The notes under the pieces: generated by a model
Database searches by the model: none
Told to the model about the DNA's origin: nothing
The model's input: only the letters and a program-made list of their open reading frames with translations
NCBI RefSeq assembly: GCF_000020025.1
Contig: NC_010631.1
Location: 60,001-92,000, forward strand
Length of the DNA stretch: 32,000 bases
Reading direction: 5' to 3'
Source: Nostoc punctiforme PCC 73102
GTDB taxonomy: Bacteria > Cyanobacteriota > Cyanobacteriia > Cyanobacteriales > Nostocaceae
Shown here: positions 26,697 through 32,000 of the stretch, one piece after another
Position numbering within the stretch: the stretch's first letter is position 1
Layout of the letters: every line of letters begins with the position of its first letter
Position numbers and translations under genes: made by a program

Positions 26697-29213
26697 TTAT
26701 TTTGATATTAAAGGATTATTTGTACTTCCAATAATTTTGAATGAAGCCCAGTAGTGTGGATGCCTCCATTTAGGATTTTTAATCATTTTTATTTGAGCTT
26801 GGCGTAGGGCAGTCGCTACATTTTTACCTTGGAGCAATTCCTTATAAAATTCCATCATCAAATCTACTGTTGCATTATCTGAGATTTGCCATAGGGTAGA
26901 ACCAACAGTATTAGCTCCTGCAACTAAAAAAGCGTTGCTAAGTCCGATGGTACTATCAGGATGAGAAACACCTAAAGCTGTTTGACAGCTACTCAATATA
27001 ACCATCTCAAATCTCACACCAGGGTCATTCTCGTAAAGAAAACGAGCAGTAATTTTGCCTTCAGATAAAGCAACAAATGATTCTTCAGGAGCTTCAGAAA
27101 ACAAAATGCCATGACTAGCAATATGAAGTAGAGGCAATTTTTGTGGTATAGGAATATCAAAAAATGTTGTTTGATTGATAGAATCTAATAATACTTTTAA
27201 ATTTGCATCTTTACCCAAAATGGGTTTAACATTCAATAGTTCAGCAATAGATTTAACTTCTGTTTCAGTACCTGGTAAGCGGGAAAAATTTAATTGATGC
27301 TTGCGACCATTAAAAATAACTGTGTATGGATTTGAGAATAGAGGATTTCCTATTAAAAATATATTTCTCTGTGTTTCATTATTGTTAATGTCAGGAAGTT
27401 GAACATTACTTACACGTTCGTCATCTTCAATCAGTAATTGAGCCGTAACTGATGGTAGGTAAAAAATTTCATATTTTTCAATTAGGTATTGTCCATCATT
27501 TGTACGTAAAGCACTAAAAGGAATAAAATCTAGAGTATTATCAGTCACAATCGCTATTCTATTTGCTTTCAGTTGAATAAGACCTTCTTGAATTACCTGA
27601 GGTAAAAGAATTTTATAAAGTTTGTTTAACTCAATATCTAAATCTTCATTGCTTAATTCCGATTTTTGGGTGACTTGAAAGATACTTCTGCTTGCACCTT
27701 GTAGAGCATTAATATCTTTATCATTTGAAGCGTAAGGTAGTTGTTGTAATATTCTATCTATTACTTTATCTGGGTTTTCTATACGTGAATTAAAAAATTC
27801 ACCATTCTCCCCTAATAACCAAACCGAGTATCCATATTGGTCTTTGCTATATATTAACAAAGGTGCATTGATCCTTTTTGCAGTTAAAATAGTTTCATCA
27901 TATGAAGCTGGATAAACCTCCCCTACACTACCAGACATTGATGGATTTAATGAAAGACGACTATTTGGATGAGTGCGTCCCATCCAGTCAACCAATGCTC
28001 TAGAACGTATTTCTTCAGAAATCTGCATGGCTTCTTGGTGATAACCCGCTTTTCCAAAAATAAAGACTAAATCTCGACCAATAGGTTGCAAAAATTCGGA
28101 AACAATATATGACGACCTATGTCCAAATGAACCACCTGCTCTTACAGTATTTGAACGAAGATATTGAAAATTTAATAGTGCAAAATTTAACCTTGGTAAA
28201 AATTGTGATGGTTCTACTTGGTCAAGGTTTTTCCTATATTTAAGATAAAGTTGCCAAATTTGCTTAAATTGTTTTAAGCTTAAATCTTTTTCTACAATCA
28301 TTCCCTCTGCTGCAAAAACTTCCAGAATTGAAGTTTGAGCAAATTCATCAATAATAGCCTTGAGTAATATTCTTTCTTGCTCTGGATTCTGTGCTAATGA
28401 TACCATCTGATTCAAACTTGCTATCCGCTCAGAATTATTACTAGCTAATGCAGCAAGCCTGTGAATTAATAATAACAAATATATTTGTTCATCTTTATTT
28501 GTTAAAGGCAATTTTTCTTTGATTTGCTTTAGCCTTAAAAGAAGTGCTTTGCTGTCTTCTGAAACAAGTCTTTGAATAGGTGCTAAATCTTGACCAGCCT
28601 GATTTTGCTGCCTCAATTCATCTTGTTGTAAACGCAATGCTACAGCTTTCCCTCTCTTGTGATAATTTAGCTCTTGTAATAAATACCATATATTAGTTGA
28701 AACAACATCAATTCCTTTAGTATCTTGATAATAAGTAGCAACTAACAATGCAAATCGATAGAAATTGTATGCTTTTTTATAATTTTCCTCTGTTCGTTTT
28801 TTGACTCCTATACCTCCTACTTCTCTAGCAATTGTAAGTAAATCACTAGCAGATATTTTTCGCAATTTCCTGTCTTCCTCCAGAATTCTCATTAAATGGG
28901 GATTTTCCAAATCAATAATTACTAATTCGGAAATACTCTCAGCAATAAAAACATGAGCTTCCTCTTGATTTTGGATAAGTACTATTCCTTTTTTATTTCT
29001 ACGTACCAACTCTTGAAGCTCATTAATCAATCTTTGATTTGTTTGAGGAGTAATACTTTGTGCTATTTTTGGCTCATGTGGTTTATTAATTTTTACATCT
29101 ACATTATTAACAATGTTATAACTTTTGGATTGTCCGAATACATCATCGAAACATAAAAAGATAGAGGAGGTTACACTAAAAATTGCTACTAATAAAATTT
29201 TATTTGTTTTCAT
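26697..29213 (-). CDS. Secreted CHAT domain protease with a long unassigned N-terminal region
   Basis: Signal peptide MKTNKILLVAIFSVTSSIFLCF. CHAT dyad LHIASHGILF and ILSSCQTALG with the HYWASFKIIGS tail. I recognise no motif in the first ~500 aa. Confidence 0.85.
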   Translation of the reverse strand: MKTNKILLVAIFSVTSSIFLCFDDVFGQSKSYNIVNNVDVKINKPHEPKIAQSITPQTNQRLINELQELVRRNKKGIVLIQNQEEAHVFIAESISELVIIDLENPHLMRILEEDRKLRKISASDLLTIAREVGGIGVKKRTEENYKKAYNFYRFALLVATYYQDTKGIDVVSTNIWYLLQELNYHKRGKAVALRLQQDELRQQNQAGQDLAPIQRLVSEDSKALLLRLKQIKEKLPLTNKDEQIYLLLLIHRLAALASNNSERIASLNQMVSLAQNPEQERILLKAIIDEFAQTSILEVFAAEGMIVEKDLSLKQFKQIWQLYLKYRKNLDQVEPSQFLPRLNFALLNFQYLRSNTVRAGGSFGHRSSYIVSEFLQPIGRDLVFIFGKAGYHQEAMQISEEIRSRALVDWMGRTHPNSRLSLNPSMSGSVGEVYPASYDETILTAKRINAPLLIYSKDQYGYSVWLLGENGEFFNSRIENPDKVIDRILQQLPYASNDKDINALQGASRSIFQVTQKSELSNEDLDIELNKLYKILLPQVIQEGLIQLKANRIAIVTDNTLDFIPFSALRTNDGQYLIEKYEIFYLPSVTAQLLIEDDERVSNVQLPDINNNETQRNIFLIGNPLFSNPYTVIFNGRKHQLNFSRLPGTETEVKSIAELLNVKPILGKDANLKVLLDSINQTTFFDIPIPQKLPLLHIASHGILFSEAPEESFVALSEGKITARFLYENDPGVRFEMVILSSCQTALGVSHPDSTIGLSNAFLVAGANTVGSTLWQISDNATVDLMMEFYKELLQGKNVATALRQAQIKMIKNPKWRHPHYWASFKIIGSTNNPLISK

Positions 29214-29321
29214 TTTTTTAATTATCCAATGTCCTAATTGTTTATACTCAAAAATCAGATTCTAAGCTTTATTAGCTGTTAGCTGCAACAATACTAGTTA
29301 AGGAATCTTACTTTTTACTGA

Positions 29322-31775
29322 TCATTCTGCTTCACCAATGAGTGTGAAAGCTGCCCAATTTAGGGGTTTATTGGGATATTGTTCTTTGATTTTGAGCATG
29401 GCTTGGCGTAAGGCTTGGGCTTTATCAAGTTTATTTTGGTTGAAATTGGTATAAAATTCGGTCATCAATTCGGTGGTGGGTGAATCAGGAACAGACCAGA
29501 GGGAAACAATTACACTAGGAGTGCCGGCAATAAATAGCGATCGCGATAACCCAATCACGCCATCACCAGTAATCCGACCTCTACCAGTATTGCAAGCACT
29601 GAGGACAACTAAATCTGCATTCAGTTTTAGGCTGAGAATTTCTTCGGCAGTGAGTAAGCCATCATCCTGACTGCTCGGTGCAAGCGCGATCGCACTTTGC
29701 AAACCTTGGAAGCCATCAAATAAACCATGTGTTGCTAAATGGATGATTCTGGCTTGGGATAGTTTGGCTTTAATGGCGGTTTCAGTGGCTTCATTACCAG
29801 TCAATGCTTTTGTATTTAGGATGGGTGCGATCGCTTCTGCTTCACGTTTAGCACCTGGTAGAGTTGCTAATTTTTGCGGTTTTTCGCCAATTTTAGGTGC
29901 AAAGCTGGGCATGGTGGGATTACCCACGACTAAAGCTTCGGAGACAGAGGCTTGCTTGACTTTATCTCGTTGCTGGTGTGTGAGTTCTAATACTTGAATT
30001 GATGGAGAAGTAAGGATAGTGTGTTTTTCAATTAAGTATTTGCCCTGTTCATCTTGTAGTGCAGGGAAGGGAATGAGGAACAAGTTATCTTGAGGGACGA
30101 AAATAACACGCTGATTTGGGTCAGTGGGTAAAAGGTCAGCAATGGGTTGAATGAGAAGTTTATGTAGTGTTTGTAAGCTTTTTTGCTGTACTTTTTCATC
30201 AACAGGATTAATAACTTTTGCTTCAATAATACTACGGCTTTTATCATCAATACCGAGAGATGCGCGAGTAGTGGTAATTAGGCCTTTTAGAGAGGTATTT
30301 TGTTTTTGCCACAGTGGTTTGAGGTCAGTTTTCTGAAATCCTACTTCACCTGTGGGTTTGATTACCCAGATAAAAAGTTCTGATTCTTTAGTTGTTTGTT
30401 TACCTGCAATTTTGAAATCATCAAAAATAATTGAATATTGAACCAAGGTTGCATTTTGCACCTTGGCAATTTTTTTAATTTTCTCAATTGTTGCTCTTGG
30501 AATCTCTTCCTCGCTTTGTAAGTTAGGTGACAATCGAGATTGAAGTAATTGCACAAATGCCCTAGCGCGACTGCGTTCAGATATTTCTAGTGCATCATTG
30601 CTTTTATTCTGGGCAATCAAAACTTTTTGTAGCAATTGATAAGTGACAGTTTGTGTTTCAAAAATTGAAATTTTATTAGCGTCACTTAATCTTGGTCGTA
30701 GAGACTCTAAAAGCTTAATTCCATCCTGGAGAGTTTTTTCTGCTTCCACAAACTTGCCAGATTGATAAAACGTACTACCTATATATCTAAGAGTTCGTGC
30801 TTCACCCACCTTGTCACCAATTTCTTTAAAAATAGCTAAAGCTTCTCCAAAAAATTTCAGCGCTTGAGGAAACTGACCCTGATAATTGTAAACTCTGCCG
30901 ATGTTGCTAAGAGCAACTCCTTTACCCTGTCGATCGCCAACTTCTTTAAAAATGGCTAAGGCTTGCTGAAATAACTCTTGTGCCTGCGGATACTCGCCTT
31001 GATTGCGCCGAAAATCTCCAATGTTGTTGAGAGAAGTTCCTTCACCGCGACGCTCCCCAAGTTTTTTAAAAATAACGAAGGCTTGTTGATAATATTCTAG
31101 AGCTTTAGGATACTGATCTATAGTCCTGTAATAAACGCCAATGCCATTGAGGGTTAATGCTTCTTGCTTCTGGTTGCCAATTTGTCTGAAAATATCTAAA
31201 GATTGCTGTAAGAAATTTAGCGCCTGGGGATACTGCCCTAGACTAGTATTGATATATCCCAGTTCGGCGAGGGTAAAGCCTTCGCCAGAGCGATCGCCTA
31301 CTTGTCTGCGAATAACTAAAGCCTGTTGATAAAACTCTAGGGCTTGAGGATATTGCCCCAAACCTTCATAAACTTTTCCAATATTATTGAGAGCAGTTCC
31401 TTCATTCAAGCGATCGCCTAGTTCTCGGAAAATATTTAAAGCTTGCTTGTAAAAGTTTAGCGCTTGAGTATAGTCACCTAGTGCGCGTTCAACTATGGCA
31501 ATGTAGTTGAGACTCAACGCTTCGCCATTGCGATCGCCAATTTCTTGATAGATAACTAGTGCTTGTTGAAAGAATTGTAGTGCTGCTTTAGGTTGACCAA
31601 TCTGAATCTGCTGATCGCCTTCTTGATAAAGACGTTCTGCTTCTGCTTTGCGGTCAGCAGGAGTTTGCGCCAGTACTTGTTCTACTTGAGTCTGAGCTTT
31701 GAAGCTGATTGGTGACTGTGAAAAAGTAGTAATGAAAGTGGCGATCGCAATTAAACAAAACCTTCTAAGGTACAT
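29322..31775 (-). CDS. Secreted TPR (8 x 40-aa repeats) + CHAT domain protease
   Basis: Signal-like MYLRRFCLIAIATFITTF, with ATG 31775 preferred over GTG 31823. Eight 40-aa TPR units (QALxFYQQALxIxxEIGDRxGEG...). CHAT dyad IHLATHGLF and VLSACNTGRG, with the NWAAFTLIGE tail. Confidence 0.9.
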   Translation of the reverse strand: MYLRRFCLIAIATFITTFSQSPISFKAQTQVEQVLAQTPADRKAEAERLYQEGDQQIQIGQPKAALQFFQQALVIYQEIGDRNGEALSLNYIAIVERALGDYTQALNFYKQALNIFRELGDRLNEGTALNNIGKVYEGLGQYPQALEFYQQALVIRRQVGDRSGEGFTLAELGYINTSLGQYPQALNFLQQSLDIFRQIGNQKQEALTLNGIGVYYRTIDQYPKALEYYQQAFVIFKKLGERRGEGTSLNNIGDFRRNQGEYPQAQELFQQALAIFKEVGDRQGKGVALSNIGRVYNYQGQFPQALKFFGEALAIFKEIGDKVGEARTLRYIGSTFYQSGKFVEAEKTLQDGIKLLESLRPRLSDANKISIFETQTVTYQLLQKVLIAQNKSNDALEISERSRARAFVQLLQSRLSPNLQSEEEIPRATIEKIKKIAKVQNATLVQYSIIFDDFKIAGKQTTKESELFIWVIKPTGEVGFQKTDLKPLWQKQNTSLKGLITTTRASLGIDDKSRSIIEAKVINPVDEKVQQKSLQTLHKLLIQPIADLLPTDPNQRVIFVPQDNLFLIPFPALQDEQGKYLIEKHTILTSPSIQVLELTHQQRDKVKQASVSEALVVGNPTMPSFAPKIGEKPQKLATLPGAKREAEAIAPILNTKALTGNEATETAIKAKLSQARIIHLATHGLFDGFQGLQSAIALAPSSQDDGLLTAEEILSLKLNADLVVLSACNTGRGRITGDGVIGLSRSLFIAGTPSVIVSLWSVPDSPTTELMTEFYTNFNQNKLDKAQALRQAMLKIKEQYPNKPLNWAAFTLIGEAE
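30683..31640 (-). repeat. 120-nt periodic coding repeat (TPR units) inside the TPR-CHAT gene
   Basis: Recurrent ...cgatcgcc(a/t)a(c/t)ttct...aaaat(a/g)...ctaa(a/g)gc(t/c)tg(c/t)tg every 120 nt. It is in frame and encodes the 40-aa TPR unit. Confidence 0.85.
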
Positions 31776-32000
31776 GGCTATGACTGAGTAGGGAAGATGA
31801 ACCTGATTGTATATATCTCCCACAGGAGGAAGGTTATGTAAATATATGGTAACTGCCTAGCTAGTAGGATTTGAGAAAAGCAAAAGAGAGACATTACCAA
31901 GTAACGCATCAGTAATAACTAGAATAAGCTAATCGGCACATAAGTTGCATAATAAGAAGATGAAGCCGTTCAAAAGCAACTATGCCGCCACCAGCCAAGA

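Noticed and set aside
30683-31640. Regular ~120-nt repeat pattern that could superficially suggest a CRISPR-like array
   Set aside because: The repeats are degenerate, contiguous (no unique spacers) and in frame inside a long ORF. They encode 40-aa TPR units.

Overview
This window looks like a plasmid-type accessory segment from a filamentous (Nostocales-like) cyanobacterium. The evidence is scattered HIP1 octamers (GCGATCGC), a CyRepA-type primase-helicase replication gene and protein families typical of Nostoc/Anabaena. Left third (1-11 kb): a RecD2-type helicase gene split by an ISAzo13-family IS whose transposase needs a -1 shift at an A9 run. It is followed by an RHH-like protein, a ~1.2-kb non-coding stretch with palindromes and direct repeats, a small tyrosine recombinase, and a replication operon (small coupled ORF plus a 1157-aa DUF3854/Toprim + helicase protein). 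Middle (11.7-20.9 kb): a very AT-rich block. It encodes an HTH-STAND NTPase whose stop overlaps the start of a zinc-ribbon / single-TM / TPR Ser/Thr kinase, then a secreted Cys-rich DUF928-like/TPR protein. Converging on these are a TpsA-like beta-helix exoprotein and, 12 nt downstream of it, a secreted TPR-CHAT protease. Right (21-32 kb): a SAM methyltransferase, two hypothetical genes, then three tandem minus-strand exported caspase-fold proteases (Tat-signal orthocaspase-DUF4384, CHAT, TPR-CHAT). I saw no rRNA, tRNA or CRISPR array. The best candidates for an undescribed system are (i) the STAND-NTPase / transmembrane kinase / exported DUF928-like + CHAT + TpsA-like cluster and (ii) the tandem exported caspase-fold protease array. 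All domain calls come from motif recognition by eye, not from searches.
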